Positions 39,487 through 50,551 of a stretch of DNA of 64,000 nt are shown here, in pieces. The notes beneath the pieces were generated by a model that did no database searches, was not told the DNA's origin, and was given only the letters and a program-made list of their open reading frames with translations. Positions within the stretch are counted from its first letter, which is position 1, and every line of letters begins with the position of its first letter. The stretch is from Candidatus Levyibacteriota bacterium. GTDB taxonomy: Bacteria > Patescibacteriota > Microgenomatia > Levybacterales > UBA12049. The stretch lies in contig DAIDHL010000005.1 of NCBI GenBank assembly GCA_027459745.1, positions 646-64,645 of the forward strand, given 5' to 3'. Both the position numbers and the translations under genes were made by a program.

Positions 39487-39912
39487 CTAAGAGGTCTGCT
39501 TATCTGCTTTAAAAATCCATTGTCTGCCAAATTTGTCATAGAACTGTCCATAAGTGCCAAATGGCATCTCATGTAAATCTTGAAACCTGCTCTTTTCTGC
39601 TCCAACGGCTAACTTGTCAAAAATTTCTTTTAACTCATCGTAAGCTTTGCCTATGATAAAAATCGCAAATGTATTTCCAGAGACGGGTTCAAAATCAGGA
39701 GAAGCCATCCAGTCAGTGGCTGATATCTCTATTGCTCCACTTTTTAGATGGGCATTGATAATTCTACTCCATTTTTCTTGAGGAAAGGAACTTTTCATGG
39801 GAGTATCACCTAACTTTGTGAGACTCAAAACTCCTCCCAGACACTCATGGTAAAATGTCATAGCTTCCGCACAGTTACCATCAAATAGTAAAAAGGGTGT
39901 ACAGTACAACAT
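39487..39912 (-). CDS. VOC-family protein (PhnB-like / 3-demethylubiquinone-9 3-methyltransferase-like glyoxalase fold)
   Basis: 141 aa. 'PFLLFDGNCAEAMTFY', 'INAHLKSGAIEISATD' and 'FGRQWIFK' are typical of PhnB-like VOC proteins. Confidence 0.7.
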   Translation of the reverse strand: MLYCTPFLLFDGNCAEAMTFYHECLGGVLSLTKLGDTPMKSSFPQEKWSRIINAHLKSGAIEISATDWMASPDFEPVSGNTFAIFIIGKAYDELKEIFDKLAVGAEKSRFQDLHEMPFGTYGQFYDKFGRQWIFKADKQTS

Positions 39913-40033
39913 CTTTAAATATTATACTTAGTATAATATTAAACATAAATAATTAAATAATCTTAATATAAATTAAATCTTGTCAGTACCACTATAAATT
40001 GACTTAGGAATGCTCGTATGACAGAATAATAGT

Positions 40034-41371
40034 GTGAAATCGATCAGCCATAAGAAAAACAGTTTACAAGTATCTAACTTCATAAATATTCCTTTTCTAC
40101 TGAAGCATAAAATACAAATTGCTATGTTTTTATTATTTATTGTATTTATCATCCTGCGTTTTATTTTATTAACCCAGAGGGCAAATTTAGGCTGGGATCA
40201 AATTGATAGTGCCTGGGCGGCTAAAAGCATTCTGGTTGATAAACATATTTTTATGTTAGGACCAGTTGCCAAAGGTAATAGTGGTATTTATATAGGTCCA
40301 TTATATTTTTACTTGATTTCTATTTTCTATTTTTTTACCAATTTGAATCCCATAGCCTCACCCATCTTCCAGGGAATTTTAAGCATAGTTAATTTGTTAG
40401 TTTTATTTTTCATTGTCAAAAAAATGTTCAATCTCAATGTTGCGTTTATTGCCTGTTTTATAAATACATTTACTCTTTTTATTATGAATTCTGACCGTGG
40501 ACAAAGTGACTTCTATTTAATTGTTCCGACATCATTGGTTATTTTTTATTTTCTATACAAAGTCATAACCAATCATGCAAAATATATCATTTATCTGGCA
40601 ATAGCTGTAGGTCTTTCATTTCATGTCGATTTTACCTCAGTATATTACCCACTAATAATATTATTGGCTCTACCTTTCTTCCCGAGAACTAAAGCTACCT
40701 TGAAATATATTCTAATTTCCATACCAGTATTTTTACTCTTTTTAGTTCCTTCGATAGTTGCCGATATAACCCTAAAACATTCAACTCCAACTAATTTAGT
40801 TTATCTTTTTAATAATTATTATCATGGACTACATTTGGCAAGAATTATACAACTAACTAAAGATGCCGTTATAAGTGGAACTGAATTATGGCCATTCGCC
40901 ATGTTATCTCCAACTATTCTTACTCCCCTTACATTTTTAATATATGTCTTATTTATGTTTGTATATTATAAAAAAAACAAGAACAGAAATAGCCTCCTTC
41001 TTTTTTACCTTATAGGGCTATGGATAATCATTCCCTGGTTAATTATGTCTACTTATAGTGGAGAGATAACAGACTATTATTATTCAGTATCCAGAGATCT
41101 TTTTATTTTTGCCTTATCATACATTATCTATATACTTTACATTCAAAAAGTTATTGCTGCTAAATTAGTAATAATTGTTATTGGACTAATATATGCTTTT
41201 TATAATATCCAGCTTTTCTGGCACGAAGGGAATGGCAATTTTCTCTCGGTCGAAAACAATGTTAAACAAGCAGTAGCTCATAATCAACTTATACCCTATG
41301 GAAGCCATGATCCTAACTACTATGTACAATATGTATATTTAAGAGATAAAAAATTAGGAATTAAGTATTAA
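40034..41371 (+). CDS. Polytopic membrane protein, GT-C-like; paralog of 10064..11401
   Basis: 445 aa, identical length to its paralog. 'NLGWDQIDSAWAAKSILVDKHIFMLGPVAKGNSGIYIGPLYFY', 'NYYHGLHLARIIQLTKDA' and 'YSGEITDYYYSVSRD' are collinear with the 10064 gene. Confidence 0.5.
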   Translation: MKSISHKKNSLQVSNFINIPFLLKHKIQIAMFLLFIVFIILRFILLTQRANLGWDQIDSAWAAKSILVDKHIFMLGPVAKGNSGIYIGPLYFYLISIFYFFTNLNPIASPIFQGILSIVNLLVLFFIVKKMFNLNVAFIACFINTFTLFIMNSDRGQSDFYLIVPTSLVIFYFLYKVITNHAKYIIYLAIAVGLSFHVDFTSVYYPLIILLALPFFPRTKATLKYILISIPVFLLFLVPSIVADITLKHSTPTNLVYLFNNYYHGLHLARIIQLTKDAVISGTELWPFAMLSPTILTPLTFLIYVLFMFVYYKKNKNRNSLLLFYLIGLWIIIPWLIMSTYSGEITDYYYSVSRDLFIFALSYIIYILYIQKVIAAKLVIIVIGLIYAFYNIQLFWHEGNGNFLSVENNVKQAVAHNQLIPYGSHDPNYYVQYVYLRDKKLGIKY

Positions 41372-41423
41372 AAAATTTCATTTTCCGTTCATAATTGTTC
41401 GATAACATCCATTTATAGTAAAT

Positions 41424-41747
41424 ATGAAACCTCAATATTGGATAATAATCTTAATATTTTTAGCAATTATTGGGTTTGGTGGATACAAACTTTGGCATCA
41501 TTTCAACGCTCAATCCATGCTACATAACGTACAGAAAACAGCTATGGTAAACGCGGTCCCTAGTCCTTCAACCTCAGTTACAAATACTACAAATAGCGGC
41601 GGTTTACCCAATAAATCTGATACCAGTAACCAACAGTTAAATCAGGATTTGCAAAATATACAAAACAGTATGAATCAATTGCAACAAGATCAAAATACTT
41701 CCAATCAGGACGTAAGCACTCAATCTCAAGATACTCCTCAGCAATAA
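41424..41747 (+). CDS. Small TM-anchored Q/N/S-rich protein
   Basis: 107 aa. N-terminal TM 'YWIIILIFLAIIGFGGY' then a low-complexity tail. Confidence 0.35.
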   Translation: MKPQYWIIILIFLAIIGFGGYKLWHHFNAQSMLHNVQKTAMVNAVPSPSTSVTNTTNSGGLPNKSDTSNQQLNQDLQNIQNSMNQLQQDQNTSNQDVSTQSQDTPQQ

Positions 41748-41875
41748 TTTTTTTAATTAAATACTGCAGACTTAATCAATTTAAATACATATTTTAAACT
41801 TCTATATTTGTTTTACTAAAAAACCGCCTATTTCTAGACGGTATTTTAGCTCTCAGTCATCAATTTATCCTAATT

Positions 41876-42661
41876 CTACTGTGTTGGCGACGGAGTAGTA
41901 GAAACAGTTGAAGATCTAAGATACTGTACAATCTGCTTGGCGTCAGCAAAAGCAGCTTTTAAATCAGCTGCACCAGCCTGAATTTCTGTCCGGGCAGTTT
42001 TTAACGTTGCTGAAGTACCGGCAGGGTCACTATCATAACTTTGCGGAGTTAAAGATGTAACCTGAGACTCAACACTATTATATTGCGTGTTAGCATCACT
42101 AATCTTGGACTGCATATCTGTTAACAAGCCCGTCATACTACTTGGGTTACCCAAAGACTGAAGTCTTGTCTGCAGTTTAGTAGCCAAATCTGATAATTTA
42201 GTATCTGTAACACTCATAGTATCTGACGCAACTAACAAATGTAATTGCGGCAAGAACTCAACGTAAATACGATAGGTAGTAAAGATACTTTTATAATCCG
42301 CTCGTAATGTAGGTAAATCAGTATCTCCATCAGCCTTAGCTTTCAAACTGGTCAAACCATTAATATCGGTGGTAATTTCAGCTGAATATTGGGCTTTTTG
42401 TGCTGATGATAATTTAACTAAACCATTTATACGAGTTTCCACGGCATTAAGTACTGTCAAACGTTGAGTTATAGCATTGTCAGCTAAAGTATGCAAATTC
42501 GACAGCCTGGCAGCTTGATTAGCTGCTTTAGTGTTAATAGGAGCTGTGGTTACACTCTGAGCAAATGCTGTCAAAGGCATGACTAATAATAAAGCTGTCA
42601 AACTGCCTGTGGTAATAATAGTTGTAAGTTTTGTTGTAATCATATATTCACCTCCCTTCAA
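41876..42661 (-). CDS. Secreted hypothetical protein (signal peptide plus helical / coiled-coil region)
   Basis: 261 aa. Signal peptide '...LTALLLVMPLTAFAQS'. Remainder alanine/threonine-rich and predicted helical. Start may be the internal 'MITTKL'. Confidence 0.5.
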   Translation of the reverse strand: MKGGEYMITTKLTTIITTGSLTALLLVMPLTAFAQSVTTAPINTKAANQAARLSNLHTLADNAITQRLTVLNAVETRINGLVKLSSAQKAQYSAEITTDINGLTSLKAKADGDTDLPTLRADYKSIFTTYRIYVEFLPQLHLLVASDTMSVTDTKLSDLATKLQTRLQSLGNPSSMTGLLTDMQSKISDANTQYNSVESQVTSLTPQSYDSDPAGTSATLKTARTEIQAGAADLKAAFADAKQIVQYLRSSTVSTTPSPTQ

Positions 42662-42703
42662 TAGTACTAGTTATATAGGCAAAACATGAACAGAAAATGA
42701 CAT

Positions 42704-42713
42704 TTGCTATAAT
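42704..42713 (+). promoter_or_regulatory. Extended -10 promoter element 'TTGCTATAAT' 7 nt upstream of the regulator ATG (predicts leaderless mRNA)
   Basis: Sequence 'catTTGCTATAATcagctacATGagaatactag'. Confidence 0.5.
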
Positions 42714-42720
42714 CAGCTAC

Positions 42721-43392
42721 ATGAGAATACTAGTAGTTGAGGATGAACAAACCTTAGCCTACACGATCAAAACCGGACTGGTTGATGAAGGGTTTGCCGT
42801 CGATGTGCTTAATACAGGGCTAGCAGCTTATGAACAGGCCAGTGTAGAAGAATATGATGTGATAATTCTTGATCGTATGTTACCCGAAATGGACGGTATG
42901 TCAATTTGCCGACGTTTACGATTAGAAAAAAACTTTACCCCTATAATCATGCTTACTGCCCGTGGGAGCGCCGAGGAGAAAGTTGAGGGTTTAGATGCAG
43001 GTGCTGACGACTATCTTGCTAAACCTTTTTCATTTAATGAGTTAATTGCCAGAATTCGATCTTTAATTCGTAGATCTACCACCAAAGAAACAATACTACA
43101 AATTGATACATTAATCGTAGATCCTGCCAAACACCTGGTCCAACGCAACGGAATTAATATTGAATTGACTGCTAAAGAATATGCCCTGCTGGAATTTTTA
43201 CTCCGACATCCTAATCAGGTAGTAACTCGTGAGCAAATATCAAGTCATGTATGGGATTATGCGCATGAATCAATGAGTAATACCATTGAAGTATTGATCA
43301 AAAGACTACGCAGTAAGATAGATAAAGCTTTCCCAAAAGAAAAAAAGCTTTTTACAACTGTACGAGGATTAGGTTATAAAATATCAGCTTAA
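42721..43392 (+). CDS. OmpR-family response regulator
   Basis: Start at 'MRILVVEDEQT'. 'IILDRMLPEMDG', 'MLTARGSAEEKVEGLDAGADDYLAKPF', and a C-terminal wHTH. 'TTGCTATAAT' ends 7 nt before the ATG. Confidence 0.9.
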   Translation: MRILVVEDEQTLAYTIKTGLVDEGFAVDVLNTGLAAYEQASVEEYDVIILDRMLPEMDGMSICRRLRLEKNFTPIIMLTARGSAEEKVEGLDAGADDYLAKPFSFNELIARIRSLIRRSTTKETILQIDTLIVDPAKHLVQRNGINIELTAKEYALLEFLLRHPNQVVTREQISSHVWDYAHESMSNTIEVLIKRLRSKIDKAFPKEKKLFTTVRGLGYKISA

Positions 43393-43394
43393 CT

Positions 43395-44411
43395 ATGCAA
43401 AATTTTTTACAGTATCTTCCACCGTTTACTCGAGCCCGATTAATATTATCAGGTTGGTATACCTTTATCTTGCTTTTAATTTTAATTGCGTTTTCTGTAG
43501 CTTTATCAATTACCTATAATAATGATGTTACACGTATTGTCCTTCAGCAGGATTTTGGCAACCATGTACCAAGAACACTGTCTAAGGTAGAATTAAGATT
43601 GGTTATTGCTCAAGTTAGAGCTTTAAGATCTACTTCCAGACTAGATATTATAGTGATAGATATCATAACCATCATAGTCGGAGGCGGACTAAGTTTCCTT
43701 TTAGCAGGAAAGACCTTACAACCCATCCAAAAAACCCTCCATAGTCAAAAAGTTTTTATTGCAGATGCTTCTCATGAGTTAAAAAGTCCTGTAACCGCAA
43801 TTCAATCCGCTTGCGAAGTAGCACTTCGTTCATCAAAAAAAACCAATGAAGACTATAGAGAAGTTTTACAGACCGTACATGAGCAGACATTAAGGTTGGG
43901 TAAATTGATTAATGATCTGCTATCGTTATCAGTATTAGAATCGGGTGGAACAAAAGAATTAAAACCATGTTCTTTATCTGATATTGCTCAAAAAGAGTGC
44001 AATAATATGCTACCCATAGCTAAAAAGGCTAAAATTAATCTGAAGGTAAATATTGAACCAAATGTTATTATAACTGGAAATCCGGAAAGCTTGCAGAAAA
44101 TCGTGATAATTCTACTGGATAATGCACTAAAGTTCACTCCTGCACACGGTAAAATTAGCGTTGAAGTAAATCAGAGACCTACACCTACCTTAAGGATAAG
44201 AGATACAGGTATAGGCATTCCAGCTGAAAAACAAAAAGATATTTTTAAGAGATTTTATCAGGCCGACTCCTCACATGCCGGCCAGGGAGCAGGATTGGGA
44301 TTATCACTGGCTGAGGCTATTATGCAAGAACACAAAGGTAGAATTAGTGTAGAAAGTACTCCAAGCAAAGGCAGTATATTCTCCTGTAGTTTCCCCAAAA
44401 AACAAGTTTAA
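43395..44411 (+). CDS. Membrane sensor histidine kinase (2 TM, HisKA, HATPase_c), cognate of the upstream regulator
   Basis: 338 aa. H-box 'ADASHELKSPVTAIQSA', 'LDNALKFTP', 'DTGIGIPAEKQKDIFKRF' and 'GAGLGLSLAEAIMQEHKGRISVES'. Confidence 0.85.
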   Translation: MQNFLQYLPPFTRARLILSGWYTFILLLILIAFSVALSITYNNDVTRIVLQQDFGNHVPRTLSKVELRLVIAQVRALRSTSRLDIIVIDIITIIVGGGLSFLLAGKTLQPIQKTLHSQKVFIADASHELKSPVTAIQSACEVALRSSKKTNEDYREVLQTVHEQTLRLGKLINDLLSLSVLESGGTKELKPCSLSDIAQKECNNMLPIAKKAKINLKVNIEPNVIITGNPESLQKIVIILLDNALKFTPAHGKISVEVNQRPTPTLRIRDTGIGIPAEKQKDIFKRFYQADSSHAGQGAGLGLSLAEAIMQEHKGRISVESTPSKGSIFSCSFPKKQV

Positions 44412-44469
44412 CACTCTCAATTTATACATCAGCGTGACAAAATAAATAAATCTGCTAAGATGTCCTCTC

Positions 44470-45552
44470 GTGATGCTGCCAATAAAGAAGTTAGTCCTGC
44501 AAAATCTTAGTGTTATTTGCTTATTAATTCTTTTTTTTACGTTTTACTTTCAACAATCGGTTAATGCCCAAAATATAGTTTCTAATCAAGGTACGCCAGA
44601 AAATACTCTTTCTCCATCCCATCAGATTAAACCACCTTCTGCTTTCCCTTTTGCCTGGATGTTCTTGCCCGCTCTTCAACATAGATCATATCCTGGCAGT
44701 AAGATAAAAATTGAAAAAAACCTGACTTCTGGAAGTAATTACAACCGATATCTTACTTCCTACTATTCAGACGGATTAAAAATTTATGCGTTACTAACTG
44801 TCCCTGAGCAAGCAACTCCGTCTGGTGGGTTTCCGGTGATTCTATTTAATCATGGATATATAAAACCCCAGGATTATAATACGCAAACTTCCTACGCCAA
44901 ATACGTCAATGCATTGGCTACCCAAGGATATATAATATTTAAACCTGATTATAGAGGTAACGGTAATTCACAAGGTTCTCCTGCCCGAAGCTTCATTTCT
45001 CCTGAATATATCATTGATGATATGAATGCCTTGTCCTCAATTCAAAGATTTAAACTTGCAAATCCTAATAAAATAGGCATCTGGGCCCATTCTATGGGAG
45101 GGAATATTACTCTTTATGATTTAGTCATTGCTAAAAACATAAAGGTCGCAGTTATCTGGTCTGGATTAGTCGGCTCCTATGCGGAAACATTAAATTGGTG
45201 GGAAAAGACAAATAAAAACAATCACGACCAAGCAAGCTATAGCAATACCGCCAAAATTGTTAATAATATTATTAAATACATCGGAACACCTGAGAGCAAC
45301 CCGTTTATCTGGCAATTTATCGATCCGTCTGCAGATATTAAGGATATCACTGCACCTATTCAAATAGATGCAGGACTAGATGATCATACACTACCTGTAC
45401 AATTCTCAAGAGATTTTGCGGCCAGATTAAAAAATGCCCACAAAACAGTACAACTTAATCTTTATGCCGGAGAAGACCATAGTATTTCTGGTCCGCACTT
45501 TGATCAAGCAATGAACAATAGCATTGCATACTTTAATAAATATCTAAAGTAA
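44470..45552 (+). CDS. Secreted alpha/beta-hydrolase (S9/dienelactone-hydrolase-like serine hydrolase)
   Basis: 360 aa. Signal peptide. Nucleophile elbow 'GIWAHSMGG' (GxSxG). Downstream Asp/His candidates 'GLDDHTLP' and 'GEDHSI'. Confidence 0.7.
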   Translation: MMLPIKKLVLQNLSVICLLILFFTFYFQQSVNAQNIVSNQGTPENTLSPSHQIKPPSAFPFAWMFLPALQHRSYPGSKIKIEKNLTSGSNYNRYLTSYYSDGLKIYALLTVPEQATPSGGFPVILFNHGYIKPQDYNTQTSYAKYVNALATQGYIIFKPDYRGNGNSQGSPARSFISPEYIIDDMNALSSIQRFKLANPNKIGIWAHSMGGNITLYDLVIAKNIKVAVIWSGLVGSYAETLNWWEKTNKNNHDQASYSNTAKIVNNIIKYIGTPESNPFIWQFIDPSADIKDITAPIQIDAGLDDHTLPVQFSRDFAARLKNAHKTVQLNLYAGEDHSISGPHFDQAMNNSIAYFNKYLK

Positions 45553-45600
45553 ATTTAATATAACAATGCTCTTGCAATGCATCCTCATAAAGACTAATAT

Positions 45601-46998
45601 ATGTTCAAGATGAGTCCAAGACTGCGATTGAGATTATTGCAGTATGGTCTACCATTTGTAGTAGTAATCTTAATTGCATATTTAAAAATTATCTTCATAA
45701 AAGAGCTTCAGGAGAGTATATTCCTTTTATTTTTTTCTGCTGTATTGGTTAGTGGATGGTATGGTACTTTAAGATCAGGATTAATCGCCACGTTAATTTC
45801 AGGACTGTTGGCAAACTATTTATTTATTCCACCTGCTTTCACTTTTAAAACCGACACACCATCCCTGTTTAATACGGGGATTTTTTTTATCGAAGGAACT
45901 TTATTTAGTATTATCATCAAAGCACATAATATATCCAAAAAGAAAATTGCAGAAAGCAGTGAAAGATTTAGGATCGTGGCCGAGGGTGTTAACGACTATA
46001 TGATCATGATCCTCGACCCCAACGGCCGGATAGAAAACATCAACACCACAGCACAACAAATACTAGGATACAAACGAGAGGAAATAACCAATTTGAATTT
46101 TTCTCATTTATATAATGTCAAAGATCGACGCAAACGGTTACCAAAAAAACAGCTACTTCAAGCAATGGAACGGGGCCATAAAGAAATTTCTGGCTGGCGA
46201 ATTAATAAAAGTGGAAAGTCTTTTTGGATACAAGGCACGATTTCCTCTATAAAAAACAAAGACGGAAGCATAAAAAGTCTGGTCGCAGTCTTTAAAGACA
46301 TTACTCGACAAAAAAAAGTAGAACGGGAAAGAGAAGATTTTATAAGTATAGCTACACACGAATTGAAACAACCAGTCACTAGTATCAAAATATACGCTCA
46401 AGTCTTGTATATACACTTACAAAAAATTAAAGATCTTAAAGCGATTCAGTTCAGCAAAAACCTGATTGAGCAACTAAATAAGATGGAAAATCTACTTAAT
46501 TCTCTACTTGATGTGACAAGAATCCAACGTGGTAAAGTAATTTTAAACAAAGAAAAATTCAAGCTGCAAGACCTTCTAGTCCAGGTCGTATCTTCTGTGA
46601 CAAAAACTTACCCTAACTACAAAATTGAGATCGAGAACGATAAAAATAATTATGTTCTCGCTGATAAAGAGCGCATACGTCAAGTCTTAGTTAATTTAAT
46701 CACTAACGCAATTAAGTATTCACCCAAGTCAAATCTTGTAAAGGTAAAGACACAACGCAACAAAAATAAAGTCGTTATTTCAGTACAAGATTTTGGCATA
46801 GGTATAGCTAAAAACGAACAGCTCATGATTTTTGATAGATTCTATCGAGTCGGAGAAAAGAAAACGCAAATAACAGGTCTAGGATTGGGGCTTTATATAA
46901 CCTCTGAAATATTGAAAAAACACTCAAGCAAACTCTACCTGACTAGCAAGGTCAACCAAGGCTCTACTTTCTATTTTAATCTACCCATTGTAAATTAG
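45601..46998 (+). CDS. Sensor histidine kinase with KdpD-like (DUF4118-type) membrane domain, PAS, HisKA, HATPase_c
   Basis: 465 aa. N-terminal 4-TM block, a PAS block, H-box 'ATHELKQPVTSIKIY', 'LITNAIKYSP', 'DFGIGIAKNEQ' and 'GLGLGLYITSEILKKH'. Confidence 0.85.
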   Translation: MFKMSPRLRLRLLQYGLPFVVVILIAYLKIIFIKELQESIFLLFFSAVLVSGWYGTLRSGLIATLISGLLANYLFIPPAFTFKTDTPSLFNTGIFFIEGTLFSIIIKAHNISKKKIAESSERFRIVAEGVNDYMIMILDPNGRIENINTTAQQILGYKREEITNLNFSHLYNVKDRRKRLPKKQLLQAMERGHKEISGWRINKSGKSFWIQGTISSIKNKDGSIKSLVAVFKDITRQKKVEREREDFISIATHELKQPVTSIKIYAQVLYIHLQKIKDLKAIQFSKNLIEQLNKMENLLNSLLDVTRIQRGKVILNKEKFKLQDLLVQVVSSVTKTYPNYKIEIENDKNNYVLADKERIRQVLVNLITNAIKYSPKSNLVKVKTQRNKNKVVISVQDFGIGIAKNEQLMIFDRFYRVGEKKTQITGLGLGLYITSEILKKHSSKLYLTSKVNQGSTFYFNLPIVN

Positions 46999-47040
46999 CT
47001 CTTCTTAGCCTATCGTAAAATATATTAGAAAAATTAGTAA

Positions 47041-48566
<1,526 letters not shown>

Positions 48567-48567
48567 G

Positions 48568-49041
48568 ATGAAAACACTGACTAACTCTTTAACGATCTTA
48601 AATATACGAACAACCACTGAACAACAAGAATGGATTAATATTCTGGAGGATATAATTGAGGATAATAAATCTGAGACAGATTTTAATTTAGAAAAATACA
48701 GTAAAAAAAACCTCACTTTGATTCAGTTCAATTCGCTGGAAGAATATTTAAAAGAATTTAAACCAACTGAGATGATGGAAGAATTACAAAAGTTAAAAGA
48801 TGAACTTACCAAGCTACCGGTGGTAAATATGACTATCGCATTTGATCCAAACAGCAATTTTGTAAATCGAGTAGTAGGAATAGTTCGTGAGAAAGTTGCC
48901 GCACAGGCTGTAATTCACTTAACAATCTCCAAAAATATAATCGGCGGTTTTCTTTTAGATTACCAGGGTAAATTCTATGATGCTAGTTTAATCAACATGA
49001 TTCATAATCTAACAAAGGAGAAAGAACATGCCAGACTTTGA
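48568..49041 (+). CDS. atpH: F-type ATP synthase subunit delta (OSCP)
   Basis: C-terminal 'VVNMTIAFDPNSNFVNRVVGIVREKVAAQAVIHLTISKNIIGGFLLDYQGKFYDASL' matches the delta C-terminal domain ('...DPSLIGG..., G..-DGS'). Start placed at ATG 48568 immediately after the b stop. The ORF-track start at 48526 overlaps b. Confidence 0.7.
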   Translation: MKTLTNSLTILNIRTTTEQQEWINILEDIIEDNKSETDFNLEKYSKKNLTLIQFNSLEEYLKEFKPTEMMEELQKLKDELTKLPVVNMTIAFDPNSNFVNRVVGIVREKVAAQAVIHLTISKNIIGGFLLDYQGKFYDASLINMIHNLTKEKEHARL

Positions 49042-50551
49042 TACTTTACTACATACTTGGAATGAAATAGGTTACGTACAAGAAGTGAATGGTTCACTTC
49101 TAACAGTTGATGGTCTGCCCAAGGCCAAAATGAACGAGGTTGTGCTCTTGGAATCTGGAGAATTAGCCCAAGTCTTTTCTTTGCAGAAAGATAGGGCTAT
49201 GTTGTTGTTGTTCTCGCGCCACTCTATCAATATCGGAACTCGTGTAGTCAGAACCGGGGAAACTCTCGATATTGAAGTAGGAAATTTTTTATTAGGAGCA
49301 TGCATTGATCCTTTAGCCAAACCTATTATCGCTAGTTTAACTCCCTCTAATTCAGAAAAGCGACCAATTGAAGTTAGAGCTAAAGGTATTGCGGAGAGAG
49401 AAAAAATCACACAGCCTTTTGTCAGCGGAGTATCTATTGTGGATATGCTTATCCCTTTGGGTAAAGGCCAAAGAGAGCTGATTATCGGTGATCGAAAAAC
49501 CGGAAAAACATCTTTTCTTTTGCAAACTGTTTTGAGTCAAACAAAAAGCGGAACGGTGTGTATTTATGCCATGATCGGTAAACAGCAAAATGAAATCAAT
49601 AACCTAATTAATTTCTTAAAGGAAAACAAGATTATGGATCAAACAGTACTGGTGGTCTCTTCTCGTCATGATCCCGAAGGTTTAATTTACCTGACTCCCT
49701 ACACTGCTATGACTATCGCTGAGTATTTTCGCGATCAGGGTAAAGAAGTCTTGTTAGTCATGGATGATTTAACTACACATGCCAAGGCATATCGCACAAT
49801 TTCTTTGATGGCTAAAAGATTCCCAGGTAGAAGCTCCTATCCAGCTAATATCTTTTATACTCACGCCAGGCTATTGGAGCGTGCAGGAAATTTCAAACAA
49901 GATGGTAAAGTCAATTCGATTACCTGCTTGCCGGTGGCTGAAACAACCAACGGAGATTTATCCGGCTATATCCAAACAAATCTGATGTCCATGACCGATG
50001 GTCATATTTTCTTTGACGTCAATCTTTATTCTGCAGGACGTCGTCCGCCTATTAACTCATTTTTGTCCGTAAGTAGAGTCGGCAGACAAACACAAACCCC
50101 ACTAGGACAATCAATTGCCCGGGAATTAAATAGTTTTCTGACACTTCTGGAAAAATCAGAAAAGTATTCACATTTTGGCGCAGAAGCGACTATGAATATC
50201 AAAGATACTCTCTCTTTTGGCAGTAAGATAATTGCTTTTTTTAACCAGTCTACAGACGTATCAATGCCTTTGCCCTTGCAAATGTTTGTCTTTGCACTAC
50301 TGTGGGCCAGATATTTCCAGGCTTTATCAATACCTGAACAAGAAGAGAAAATTAGTGTAATTAGAAAATTATATTTTTCTCAAAAAGAAATTCAGACATT
50401 TGTCGACAATCTTATTGTCAGTTCCGATACTCTTAATCACCTTTTGACACAACTTAATACACAAGATGCTAATATAAAGAAGTATTTTACGGTCAGTCAG
50501 CCGACATTTAAACCAACTAACACCTATGAAGGACCAAGCAATACAAAATAA
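49028..50551 (+). CDS. atpA: F-type ATP synthase F1 subunit alpha
   Basis: 507 aa. 'PLGKGQRELIIGDRKTGKTS' is the alpha-subunit P-loop signature. RBS 'AAGGAG' upstream. Confidence 0.95.
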   Translation: MPDFDTLLHTWNEIGYVQEVNGSLLTVDGLPKAKMNEVVLLESGELAQVFSLQKDRAMLLLFSRHSINIGTRVVRTGETLDIEVGNFLLGACIDPLAKPIIASLTPSNSEKRPIEVRAKGIAEREKITQPFVSGVSIVDMLIPLGKGQRELIIGDRKTGKTSFLLQTVLSQTKSGTVCIYAMIGKQQNEINNLINFLKENKIMDQTVLVVSSRHDPEGLIYLTPYTAMTIAEYFRDQGKEVLLVMDDLTTHAKAYRTISLMAKRFPGRSSYPANIFYTHARLLERAGNFKQDGKVNSITCLPVAETTNGDLSGYIQTNLMSMTDGHIFFDVNLYSAGRRPPINSFLSVSRVGRQTQTPLGQSIARELNSFLTLLEKSEKYSHFGAEATMNIKDTLSFGSKIIAFFNQSTDVSMPLPLQMFVFALLWARYFQALSIPEQEEKISVIRKLYFSQKEIQTFVDNLIVSSDTLNHLLTQLNTQDANIKKYFTVSQPTFKPTNTYEGPSNTK

